From Dimorphilus gyrociliatus (lineage: Eukaryota > Animalia > Annelida), in the NCBI GenBank assembly GCA_904063045.1, contig CAJFCJ010000002.1, forward strand, positions 3,219,891 to 3,283,890: 64,000 nucleotides of DNA, written 5' to 3'. Positions 52,095-64,000 of the stretch are shown here, piece by piece. A program made the translations under genes and the position numbers. Each line of letters starts with the position of its first letter. Within the stretch, counting starts at the first letter, position 1. The notes beneath the pieces are model-generated. The model had not been told where the DNA came from, searched no databases, and saw only the letters and a list, made by a program, of their open reading frames with translations.

Positions 52095-53763
52095 ATGATC
52101 TCCAAATTGAACAATTTAATGGTTTCTCTTTCATTATCTGATTCTATACAATTCGTTGAAAGGCATCCATTCCTTTCAATAATTGGAGCATTAACAGGTG
52201 TATGGACTATAAAGCAATTAAAAAAGCCAAGAAATTTACCACCTGGTCCTATAAGTTTACCTTTTATTGGAGGTACTTGGGCTCTGTATCTTTATGGAAA
52301 TCTTCAGAAATTAAGGCAAAAATACGGTGATGTATTTTCGATGTATATAGGATCCGAGTAAGTTTTATTAAGAAAGTGAACTTATTCTTATTTGTTGAAT
52401 ATTTTTTATCTAGATTGGTTATCTATATATTTTCAAAAGATCTAATAAAAGAAGTATACGTTGATAGAAGGAGCGATTTCAGTGCTGGAAATACTAATTT
52501 ATTTGATTTAACTAATAGTAATTAATGCATTTATTATAAGAAAAGAGACAAAGACTTATTGTATGATTTATTTCATTTGTAGAGAGTCTTGTGAACTCTT
52601 CCAATACCGACAGATGGAAAAAAATTAAACTCCTCATTTTACCTTTATTTAATTGCTATATCGCTCACAATTTAGAAAAAACTGTAAATTGGACAATGGA
52701 AGGAGTTTGTCGAAAACTAACTGAGAATAACAATGTCCTTAATCCAGATAAATTAATTAGGCAAGCCTTAACCCAAATAGCTTTGTCATTATATTTAAAT
52801 GAGCGTCGAAATTTGGATGATTTCGAACTGAATCTATTACAAGATACTATCTCTCAGGCTTTTAGTGCTTTTAGTAATTTTGTATTCAATCCTTTTATTA
52901 ATTTTGTACCATTTCCAAATGTTGTTTTCAGGAAGAGTTTCATTAGGCCTATAGAGTTAGGTAGAAAACTAAGACAATTCTTTCAAAATCGTTTGATTAA
53001 GCGTCAAAAGTATCATAATCAAACCAAACCTGGAGACTTTCTTCACGCCTTAATGATCTTATTCGATAATGCAACGGATGGACAGGTTATTGATATTTTT
53101 ATAATTTTAATAATCGACTCGATACACACAATATCGATTGGTATTTTATGGACAATTTTACGTCTCGCATTAAATCAGAAACTTCAATATGAAATTCACG
53201 AACTAATAGACAGGGCTACCGGAAATCGATGTCCAAATTTAACCGACCGAGCTAAATTAGCTTTAATTGAAGCTGCATTTCTTGAAGCCTTACGTCTAGA
53301 TGATTTGCTAATGGCATCCGTATATCACCGTTCTATTAAGAATACCGAATTAAAAGGTTATTTTATACCAAAAGATACTGCAGTAAAGGCAGTCGTTGAG
53401 AGCGTTCATCTTGACGAACAAGTTTATTCAGATCCATATTCTTATAAGCCTCATCGATTTCTAAGCGACAACGGACTGCTAATTAGATCCGATGAATTTT
53501 TATCCTTTGGGTTAGGTAATTAGAAATTATTTAATCACAATATATTCCTTTATCTAAATATAACGAACTCATTGATAAAAACAGGATCGAGAAGATGTAT
53601 TGGAGAGCAAATGGTCAGAATTGAAGCGTTTCTAATCTTGTCGACTCTACTGTTTAGCTTTAAAATGGAATTTGACGGTTCGGAACCATCAATCGAGCGT
53701 CAGAATAACTCTGCTATACCAACGCCACATCCATTCAAAATTAAATTCACACCTAGGCGATAA
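52095..53763 (+). CDS. Cytochrome P450, clan-2-like, atypical I-helix (copy 2)
   Basis: Exons 52095-52357, 52414-52517, 52583-53515, 53585-53763; first two exons are the same lengths as in copy 1 (263 and 104 nt). PPGP, EALR, YKPHRF and FGLGSRRCIG. Confidence 0.9.
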
Positions 53764-54548
53764 AATATTGAATTATAACCTTTACAAATCTTATTGTCTT
53801 ATATTTTGTTCGGAAATATTAAAATATACATTTTTGCACCAGGTTTTTTTTATCCTATTCCGTCAGTCTTTTATTAAAATATCTTTTATAAATTTCCATT
53901 TCTTAAAGATAAGAAAAAGAAAGAATCTTTCACTAAAACAATTTAATTTTATCCTTTTCACTCTTGTTATGCCTATCGTACAGTTTGAGTAGTAAGTCAA
54001 TTAGAAAAACTTTAAAAAGAGATAAAAGTTTACCTTTGGTATTGTATAACCTTCGTGTTATGTTTTGAAAGTATTATATTTTAAAGTAGAAATATTGAGA
54101 TGTTACTTAAAATAACTGTTGACTAAAAATTGGTGTCATTACATGACATTAACTTATAGAATAGTATCTATTAAATCCAATAGGATATCTTTTTTTTAAA
54201 AGCAAACTTATTTATGCATTTATTCCTGGAAAGCTCTTAGCTGGAAACCTTTATAACCAAAGGACAAAAATTTGCGTTTGAATTAAAATTGGATAGTTTT
54301 ACGTTTCTGAAAATACATATATTCGATATCCTTTTCCTCTCCGGCTAAATTATAAGAGCAAGTATATAAAGCAGTATATACTATATGTTGTCGTTTGAAT
54401 TTATCGATTCATTGACGAATTATTCTCCAATAGTTGTCCAATTCCTTTATTAGCATCAAGTCGATCTGTTTAAGGTTTTATAAATATCTTGTAAAAAAAC
54501 TTTCTGGCGATTGCTTCAAAAGATATGTAAAGACAAGTTTAAAGTAGG

Positions 54549-55830
54549 ATGAGAAACTTGATTGAAGATCAACTGACAGATTTTATTGAAGCTCTGATAA
54601 TAGAATGTTCTTAAAACGCTTAATAGGATACCGTCATCTTTTATTTTTGTTTATAAGACTATCGTTCTTATAAGACTACTGTTCACACTATATCGATTGT
54701 TAGAAGATGATTGCAGCGTATATTTCATCTACCCACGAAACACAGGAAACTTATCTATGTTGTGTTTTTCATCTACTACCTATGGCGATCGATCTAATTG
54801 ACATTGATTGAAACTTATTCGATGTAAAATAAGTCTGGGAAATAATGATTTGGTTGTAGAATTCGTTTGATAAATGTTATAAAGCAACAAAAAGAGAAGA
54901 AACATTTAATTAAAGCATTCCGGCAAGAATAAGAATTCTTTTATATAACAAAATACTTTTATAATTAACTATACAAAATGACTTTAAACAATTTTATTAA
55001 TAAACTTCTTCCTGAAAGAGAACGCATACATCTACAGCTTTTTATAATAAATTATTCATAGAGAAACATTGCTGATTATTAGATATTTCATTAAAAATTT
55101 TATCAAAGTTAATAACCGTTAGCGACTCAATCATTCAAAAAATAATCTATTAATAGTAGCTCAAAAAGGGAACATTTCAAAAGATACTCGTTTCTTCATT
55201 CTGATGATAATTTTTTTTTTTACTAAAATACTGCTTTTATTTTCACAGAAACTCATTGATTTTGTATACTTTATTATTTTTCATTGTAAATTTTGAATAG
55301 ATTTTTTAGCTGTCTAATATTCTTTATGAATAAATTAAAAAATTAAATTTAACTCTTTAGAGTGTAATTGTTATACTATCCATTGAATAGGCTGAAACAC
55401 ACAGTAGACAGAGAGATGTTGCTACTATGTAGAAGAAGAACAAGAACAATAACAGCAGCAATATAGTTGAAAGATAATAAAGTAATATTCCGTCTTTTAT
55501 ACAGAGTTCTCGATAATCCTCCCTATAATGTAACAATAGAAAAGCTTATTTGCTAAGAAAGGAAGTGAGAAGATTACAAGTTTGACAAGGGAATTATTAT
55601 TAACTCTTTTATTAATAAATACGAAATGGAGATTAATGACGTAACTTTCATACAATTCCAATAATTCTCAAGAGATACTAAAGATCGCAATCTTCCAAAT
55701 GACGTGACCGGAAATCAACCACCGAGCTTGGCACATCTCCAGCAATTAGCATTGATAGAAGCGGCATTTTTTTGGAGCATTAAGAGCAAATGAATTATTG
55801 ACAATAACGACTAGCCACGGAGCTATTAAG
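54549..55830 (+). pseudogene. Fragmented third P450 copy
   Basis: Collinear remnants of exon 3: DFIEALIIE (about 54579), VHTISI (54681-54698, I-helix) and DVTGNQPPSLAHLQQLALIEAAF(frameshift)GALRANELL...SHGAIK (55701-55830). Stops, a frameshift and about 1 kb of inserted sequence. Confidence 0.7.
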
Positions 55831-57439
55831 TGGGGAAAATGGCAAAATTTACCTCTGTCCTTGAGTAGTAAACAAATTTAGGGACTGCCTAAATTAAAGG
55901 AAAATATTTATCAAGTGAAACTTTCAAAATGAAGATAAATTGCTTGTCTTCAGCATCGAATTTATTACTCCTTAGAATTGATAATTCGTGGCTTGTTTTA
56001 TCGTAAAAAAAAAGAGAGAGAGAGGGGGGGGAGAGAGAGTAAAAGAATAAATTTGATAGTTATTATTTCTCCAGGGAAATATCACTTTCCACTATAATAG
56101 TACCTTCTGTAAAGTAAAATGAAAGACAAGAATAATCCTTTATTTGCCTAGTTTATCCCCATTCCCTCTTTTAAATAACGGATATTCATAAATACAAGTA
56201 TGATAATACTAGATAGAGAAAAAAAAATACTCTTTACTTGTCGCGTTTCTTTTGAAGATTTTTCTATAATAAAAAAGAACGCTAGACGCACTGATTTCAT
56301 AGAGTGTAAAAATAAAAGAGCTGTCTATTATCAAAGAAATACACATATATATTTTTTGCCTTGAAATTGTCCTCTGTTCTGTGAAATTTCTTTTTTCCTT
56401 TCATTATTTTTTTTTTTTTTTTATAAAAAAAACCGAAATTTACTATTTTTATATATCTAGTTATAGGAATTGTTTAGTTGAGTAATTTAGTAAAAACAGA
56501 TTTATTAGAGGCAATAGATTTTCAGCTTTAACGTTTTGTTCTCTTCATATTAAATTTCTTATAAATATTAATTGGGTATTTGAATGCTTCCGATAACTTA
56601 TAAAACAGGAATTATTAAAATCCAATTATCAAAGGAGGTAAACATAACACTTTTGGATTGGTGAAGGGGTAAATTTGTGTATATCCGTGTTTATAAATGT
56701 GTTAGCAGTTGTTTTTGACAGATGGAGAGAGAGAAATACAAAGAGAATGAGAGTGACAAAGATAGAGAGTAAATTAGACAGTAATTTGGGTGAGTAGAGT
56801 CCAATTTTAACAGTTCAAACATCACTGACCTAAAACAGAAAGTTATTAATATTGAAATATTGAGTGCCAAAAATTCTGTGGGGATTTGAATCATCCTGGG
56901 GAGATAAAATAACAGAATGAAATAGCAATTAAGAATAAATAATGTGGTCCATATTCCTTATAGAATATTAATTATTAAAAGCCAAAACCATCAAATCATA
57001 GCTTGTTCTTGTTATATTTACATGTATCTTATGTTCTATGCTCTTAGCGGCAATTCTTTTGTGTGACTAATACGCCCTCTAGTATAACCTCATTTGAATA
57101 GAAAGAAAGAGACTAGCGAGATAGAAAACAAGGAAAATAGGAAAGTAATAAAACAATTTCAAGATAAGAAGAACTAGAAAATTTCGATAATGAAACATTC
57201 ATTTTTTTAGATAGATTGTCAATAAAAAAGCTGTTTATTTGTTTATTTAGATAAATCTTAAGGATTTGCATAATAACTTGTTTAATCATATTATTTGAAT
57301 ATAGAAATACTCGTGCAGAAATATATACGTTTTTCAAACATTTTGCGTTTAATCAATTCCTTTCGTTTTTCTTCGTTTAAGCTAATTACGTTGAATTCTC
57401 TTTTATAGAAGTTAATTAGAAAGACACCTCTTAATACAG

Positions 57440-59167
57440 GATGCAATTTTAATTTGAAGAACATGAAAGCGACCATTTTACGTGACAGTACGTTGCAATA
57501 AATAATCTAGATTTACTTTTTGAAACTTCCATATTGTAAAATTGCTTTTTTTTTTTATTATAACAAAAACAAGAAACAAGTAGTAGAAAGAGTCGGAAAG
57601 AGAGAAGGTGAGGGTAAGGGCAATGGTAGAGGGGGAAGAGCAAATCAATGAAAATTTTCTTACCTCCTTAGCCCCTTTTGTTTATAAATTCATGAATATT
57701 ATTAGTATGTAGACAGATATCTTATACCTAAAGTGGAAAGGGGAAATGAAACTGATATTATGAACAAGTGATTTGATCCTTTTTTCACAGCTCCTGCAAA
57801 TGTTAGCTGGTGTACGAGTACCAGTGTTACAACAACACTTGTTTTAATAGTGACTTACGTTTCCCAACAAGATACAAAAAACAATTTCTACATATATATG
57901 AATTTATACATATGTATGTAAAAGAAATATGAGTGAACTTGAAAAATTCTTTCGTCTATAAATTTAAGAGACAGGAATAGATAAAATGAACAAAGATAAA
58001 TCATGAGACATCTTTTCTTTTTTGTCGCGCCTCGCTCTGTCTCTGTCTCCTTCAGACGTTTCTTCTCGCATGGCTAGACACGCTATCGATAATGTTTCCT
58101 AAGTTTTATCTTCGAAATCGCACTCTCTCAAGTTTATCATGCTTAAAAAGTATACAATATTAAAAAATTCTCTGCCCTCTAATCTCGACGAATATCTATT
58201 TTCGTTTCTACTGCAGTATTTAGTATCATATTAGACACAAGGGGAAAATAATTCTCATTTAGAATGTGAGAAACAATAGAGCAATTCATTTTTATTGACC
58301 TACAAAACACCTCTGTACTGTATTACAGTGTTTGATAAGAGAAATCACTATAAAAAAAAGGATTTCCTATATCAATTCTTCAAATATAGAAAAAAAAGAT
58401 GAAGAGAGTAGTTAAGAGGTAGATAACACAAACTCTTCTTAACATTACACAGATATCAATTTCAAGATAAACTTTATTTTTTTATAATTTATTGAATAAG
58501 AAACAATAGTTTTTAAATATAGTTAAGATAATGATTTACGCCCCCTTCTAAATTTCCATTCATAATCATTTCCAATAGTATAGCTCTCAAAGAAAGGAAT
58601 AATGTTGAAGAATCTAATATTTCTATCCTTCTTCATTTACATAGTAAACGCTCAAGAAAGTAAACTTTATTTTTTTATTATTTATTAGATAATCGTTTCC
58701 ATAAACTAATTATATATTACAAAAACAGGTATTAAAGTTTCCGAAGGAGTAAACTTGGCTATGCATGCAGGAATTTCCGTTGGCATGTGCTTCTTTATCC
58801 TAACAACTTGCACACTTACTACAAATTTTATCAAGAGAAAATATTTCAAGGATGTCGGTTTTCACAGTTAGTTACTCTTTACTTTCACCCTTAAAATTTG
58901 TCATATATTAGATAAAAAGAAAAATCAATAGGCAATTATTTATATGGTGTAAAATTTCACAATAAAAGTAGAAACACAGTGTATGAAACTATAAAGACTT
59001 TTCAAGTTATTCATCAATATATTACTAACAAAGTAATCTTAGTTTTCGTAAATATACGTAAAAGTAGCGTCTTTAGAATTGTCTATTTATATTCCTTTTA
59101 TATTCATTATTATCTGCTCATAATCATAATTTTCTTTTTCTTACATATAGGAACTTATGAAGACTGA
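57440..59167 (+). CDS. Orphan single-pass membrane protein built from short phase-1 exons (5' end not defined)
   Basis: Exons 57440-57487, 57672-57704, 57791-57913, 58584-58643, 58729-58866, 59151-59167 join in frame with good donors (gtacgt, gtatgt, gtatgt, gtaaac, gttagt). N-x-S sequons, TM segment AGISVGMCFFILTTCTL and short tail KRKYFKDVGFHRTYED*. Confidence 0.5.
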
Positions 59168-59727
59168 AGAGATACTTTTCAACAATGTTTCCTACTTTTC
59201 TAATAAATTGTTTCTTTAGTTAAATCTCTGCTTTAAATGAAAGTAGTATGTAACGAGTCATTAAAAATAAACAATAGTAAGATCAAACATCTTTTCAGAT
59301 TCCTTATAATTATTAATATAAATAGAATACACATGTATGTATAATATATAATAGGCTTTGCGCTAGTCTGGGAGACGTAAAAGTAAGCTTTCCTTTGTGC
59401 GCGTATACAGTGTGTAACCCTTAATAAATCAACCGTACAAAAACTTTAAATGTATACCAAAGTGATAAGTTTAAGCAAATACGTCCAATATTTATATACT
59501 ATTTAATTAATTATTACAAGAATACATGGAAAATGAGAGAAACGATAAAAATTCGATTACTAGATTACTGTACTGCTTGTGTTCTATTACTGTTGTCGGC
59601 TATATATAGAAAATATACTGTACTTAAAGGCAATAGCAAGAAACTGCTTAATGTAATAGTTAAGGGATAACCTAACTATGAAAAGAAGTATTGCTTACTT
59701 GAATAAGAAGCAGCTTATGAAATATTT

Positions 59728-59732
59728 ATATA

Positions 59733-59772
<40 letters not shown>
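59728..59772. repeat. (TA)n microsatellite with a CTG interruption
   Basis: Direct reading. Confidence 0.9.
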
Positions 59773-59774
<2 letters not shown>

Positions 59775-61442
59775 CTATATGCTAATATATCTATATTTAT
59801 TTATATAAACACAAACGTCAAAGTTTGACGAGTTGAAGGAGAAGGAGAAACAACATCTAGCTTGAATATAAATAGTAGTTGTCGTTCAAGACTATAAATA
59901 AAACATATCGGCAATACTTTAGAAGGAGTTAGGATATCTAGTCAATTCTATAAAGTATAAGAAACAAGACAAGACAGGCGAAAGGTAAAGTATTATAAAG
60001 AGCTTTGTATTAAAGGAGAAGATAGGCAATGATGAAAATATAGGATTACTCGTAAGCAGAATTGCTGAGTGGTAACGAAGAAAAAATATGAGCTTACATT
60101 GTAATACTTAGTTTAATAGATAATCAAAAAATATTTTCTTAAGTTTATTGTGTTCGTATGCTTTACTTTTCTTTATCATGACCTTTGAACTCGATTGTTG
60201 ATGCAGCCTACGCCTACAACTAAAAAGGAAACACAAAGCATGATTCCTATTTCAAACATGATTATAACGCTGATTGTAATGAGCACGAGTGTCCAATAAA
60301 AAAGGAACAACCTATAGCTTAAGGGATACTTTTTGTTCTCTCTTTTTTCTTTCATCTGAATATTCAACTCTTTCTTTGTTAATGCTTGTTGCCATAAGAT
60401 ATATTTTTTTAATCTATAAAAAAACGTCAATTAGAGGAAAAGGCGTTACCAAATTTTCAGGTACGTTTTTATCTTTTTCGAGCGGCAACAACAAAAAGCG
60501 AACGAGAGAGAGGCGGTGTTGAAAAACGACGCTAATTTGTATAGTGAACGCTGTTCGCGTGACGAAGCGTTGGTAGCGTTAAACGGTCGTAAGATCTCTG
60601 GGCATCAATTATCTCTAAATCATCATAAAGCACAGACGTTTTAGAGTAAAGAGGGTATAGCTTCGACAACGCATCTAAACCTCCGTAGGGCTTTATTAAA
60701 CCTTATTAACTTGAAGGCGAACTAGTAGCTCGAAAAAGCAAGCGTGTCCTATATTCCGTACGTAAAATCTGTCTAATATAATACTAGAAAAATGCATTTG
60801 ATTTCCTCTTTTTTCCCTTAACTAGAACTGATATCTGTATTTTATAGAATTATTTATATCTCAATATATGCATTTATATCTATATATCTGTATTTATACT
60901 GTATATATTTATCTATATATTTTTTTCTTTATATTCGATTCCATTTATTTCAATTGATATCTTAGAAGTAAGGATAATAGGTCTAGGCTGGATAGAATAA
61001 ATTCTCTATTTAGGATTCCCATAAATTTGTTGCAATTTAAAGCAGTGGCATATATTTACATAATCTACATCACTTTCTACATTTTCCATATATTTCGCAT
61101 ATTTTTCCAATAAATCAATAGGAAACTTACGTGCAGCGTTTATCAAATACAGGTAAAACGTTGTGTGAGTAAATATGTACAAAATTTCACTTTTATGGAA
61201 AGTTTACCAAGTGATAGACTATAGTTTTATATCTTGACCATATACCAACCTCAATTTAGTAACAATTTGAATATTTTTAATTGATGGACCATCACCAGAT
61301 GGTGCCACCCATTCAAAAACTTAATAGTTAAAACAGTATAGCACAAACCTAATAAGTAGTTTTTATGTCAACGAACACCGAACGCGATGACAAACATTGA
61401 CTTTACGCATAATTTATTAGACGCTTATTAAACGATCGAAAT

Positions 61443-61443
61443 T

Positions 61444-61495
<52 letters not shown>

Positions 61496-61570
61496 TATTA
61501 ATACACGCACATATAAATTTATATATATATACAGTATATATATATACAGTATATATATATACAGTATATG
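61443..61570. repeat. Compound (TA)n microsatellite with three CAG interruptions
   Basis: TACAGTA at 61530, 61543 and 61560. Confidence 0.9.
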
Positions 61571-61899
61571 TCTATATTAATACAAGATTCTTTATATGCT
61601 GTTTATATTAATATACTTGTCTTCTAAAAATATGATGCTTGTGTGAGGAGATGCACGACGTACGTACGATTGTTGCCTAATTCCACTAATTACTGAAGCG
61701 TCGTTTTGCGTTAGATGTCGAGGACAGTCTCTAATCACAGTCGAACGCGTTTGTCAGTCTTTGTTCTGAACTTAGCTTTATCTGTTTTTATGTAAAGGAC
61801 GCCATAAATTCTGGCCGCGAGTCTGTCTATTGATTAGTGGAATATTAGCTTGATTAGCCAGAGACAAACTGCGCGGTTCCCTTTCTGTTTGTCAAGTTC

Positions 61900-62570
61900 A
61901 GAATATAGATAGTCTCTATAAAGCTGGTTGCGTTGTTTGCTCTGCACGGTCAATATGAGTTGTTTTTCATGTTTCTAGGTGTATAGGCCTAATCTTTTAG
62001 AATTTATAACTAAATATCGAAGAGTTATAAGCTACCTCTTCTTTTCCTTTTCTTTCCCTTTTTAGTGTTTTATTATAGTAATAAGGGACATATTGTTTTT
62101 TCATTGTGTCTCCATTGTCTCATTATTACCGATTATGAGTCGAAAGTAATTTCTAATTCATTCAAGCTATTGTTGGCCTTTCACAAGTTGTGAGAAAATC
62201 ATAGATTCAAAAAGCTCAGCGTATAGAATTAGATAATGTAAAAATCATCTAAATACCAGTCAATTTTTTCAACTATAATCCCTTTCGTAAAAAACCTAAT
62301 TAAAGTTTGTCAAGGGTCAATAAGCGCTTTGTTCTTCGTTTTTCCTGCGTAGACAGCTAAGGGTAAATATACGTTGTCTCGCAGACTGCTACTTACGATG
62401 CCATAAAGAGAAAAACCAATACATAGCATCCTTTGTTATATAAATAAAGTTCAAAGAGGGTTAAGCTGCCGAATATAGTCTTTGTATTTTAGCGTTAACG
62501 CATCCGTGTTCTTTCTTTGTTTCTCTGTCACTTTCAATTTTTCTCTTTTTCCAATTAATTGCACTATGTC
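61900..62570 (-). mobile_element. Possible decayed CACTA/EnSpm-like transposase relic
   Basis: One minus frame with scattered stops reads LRDNVYLPLAVYAGKTKNKALIDP*QTLIRFFTKGIIVEK, resembling the animal CACTA-type stretch N..LA..W.G..KP....FL.PF..EL..L...GI.V. Downstream NMKNNSY*PC resembles N...NGY.GC. Confidence 0.3.
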
Positions 62571-64000
62571 AGCTTATTTAAAAAAAGGAAAATCAAATAT
62601 TTCTAAAAATAGACTGATAAAACGATGTATATAGTGAAATAGCGCACAGATTTCTAGAAAACTTATATAACTGCATAAACCATATGATAAATGTTATATT
62701 ACATTATATATCTCGTTTTTTGTTTCTTTGTCAAAAGGGAGATTAAGTTGTAACCGAAATAGGACTTTGTCATAAACTGGATATGAGTGACCTACAATGA
62801 AAGTGTTTATGCCTTCTAGGCTTATTATTTCATTCTGAAAATTGTAATAAGCAAAGCCGTACTGAGGGGACGTAATTATCAAGAAAAGAAATTCTTCATT
62901 GCCCGAGAGAAATTATACTTTCTTTTGTTTGTCAAAGAAGGGTCTGTGTCTCCAAGTACAAAACGTAATTATCAATATACTTTTTCTCTACTGTATATCA
63001 TAATAAGACTGTAATTGAGATATCAAATTGCTTTTTCATAGCTGATGTTAAAATCAACATTTTTCTTAAACGATTCGATATAACTAGAAGAGTTCATAAG
63101 GGAGAAGGGAGTAAAGTAGACAATCAATATCAGACCTAGAATGTAAGTGATAGGTTGACTGTGGCTCAGATGAGAATCTGATACAAGAAATGATTTACAA
63201 TTTCAATTTTCACCACGTAAATGAATCTCTAGATATGAGCTTAAATTTCCAAGAAACCGCATATAAAATACAGGCCTGAGGAATTTTTTTTGTTTTATTC
63301 ATGCAAGTATTTCGTTGGTGGCTCTATGAAACAGATTCTGTTTGTTCCGCAAGAACAATTATCAGATATATGTCATGACTCATCTTTTGTTTGTCACGAG
63401 CTATATAGGGAATACGAGCAACACCTAACATATTGTTTGTTCCGTTTCAGGGGGAGTGAAAAGCGTTATAGGCCTATTAAGGGACAGTTCGATATCGAGT
63501 TTCTTTTTTGCGGTAAATATTGAACTGTATTGAACAAACACGACAAACTAACTCGTATAAAAAATATACTGACTAGTAACAGCGTTTTTGGCCATTTAGA
63601 AAGATAAAATACATTTCTTCAAAATAAACAACAAAACACAGTGTATAGGCTGTGTCAAAAAAGTTTGTCAATTATTTTGATAATGAAAAATGAATTTCGA
63701 ATATTGTTTGCAAAAGTTTTTTTTTGTTTTGTTTTATCCTGCAGCAAATCGTCTAGTAGAAATAAAAAGCACTACATTGAATTATTGTAGTTTTGTACTA
63801 CAGCATTATGAAAGCACCAATGTTTATAAATAAAAATCGACTACATCTAGGCCTGTAAATTGTGGAGACATAAGAAGAAGTTTGTCAAAAAGATTCTAAA
63901 AATAAAACAGATCTACGTAAATGACGCTACTGACCCAAAATTCAGATGACAAGGCTAATGGAAACATATTAAATAGTTTAAGTGGTTTAAACCATGTCAT

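Noticed and set aside
60176-60430. 84-aa minus ORF with a hydrophobic stretch
   Set aside because: TTG start, no downstream exons found; hydrophobicity is explained by T-rich sequence. Cannot be fully excluded.
62694-63523. ORFs 62694-62882 (-) and 63290-63523 (+, LFVP...ICHDS reminiscent of a gypsy integrase Zn finger)
   Set aside because: VP-to-HD spacing and the downstream GH/C..C residues do not fit the integrase motif; no ATG or acceptor support for the first.
63645-63672. TATAGGCTGTGTCAAAAAAGTTTG, resembling a Tc1-like terminal repeat
   Set aside because: No partner inverted repeat inside the window; cannot be supported.
1-64000. tRNA, rRNA, CRISPR arrays and prokaryotic-type operons
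   Set aside because: None recognised. The GGTTCGA-like words lie inside coding exons, and the window is intron-containing eukaryotic DNA.

Overview
This is AT-rich eukaryotic (animal) genomic DNA. It is gene-dense, and most introns are very short (about 53-100 nt, GT-AG). The gene content and compactness suggest a small invertebrate genome, probably spiralian or annelid (inference only). I rebuilt spliced gene models by hand from splice signals and reading-frame phase. In order they are: the 5' part of a MOXD1/DBH-like monooxygenase (-); a small orphan gene (+); a complete PDE9-type cGMP phosphodiesterase (+); SAC3D1-like (-); two PMP22/claudin-like tetraspans (-); a TRPA1 channel (-); two paralogous orphan secreted Cys proteins (-); a divergent scramblase-like gene (-); a CNBD1/2-like cyclic-nucleotide-binding protein (-); two clan-2-like P450s plus a decayed third copy (+); and a micro-exon type I membrane orphan (+). 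Several decayed transposase-like and LRR-like relics are also present. Five signals stand out: (1) two sets of tandem, apparently mutually exclusive exons in PDE9, one inside the catalytic domain, plus a perfect RFX X-box in its promoter; (2) a candidate alternative first exon of TRPA1; (3) a non-canonical I-helix shared by the P450s (D-A/S-I-H-S/T instead of A-G-x-D/E-T); (4) about 20 TATA-CAG/CTG-TATA interruptions of TA tracts, matching Tc1/mariner excision footprints; (5) an unrecognised secreted six-cysteine family. No tRNA, rRNA or CRISPR array was recognised. All calls come from reading the sequence; no searches were run.
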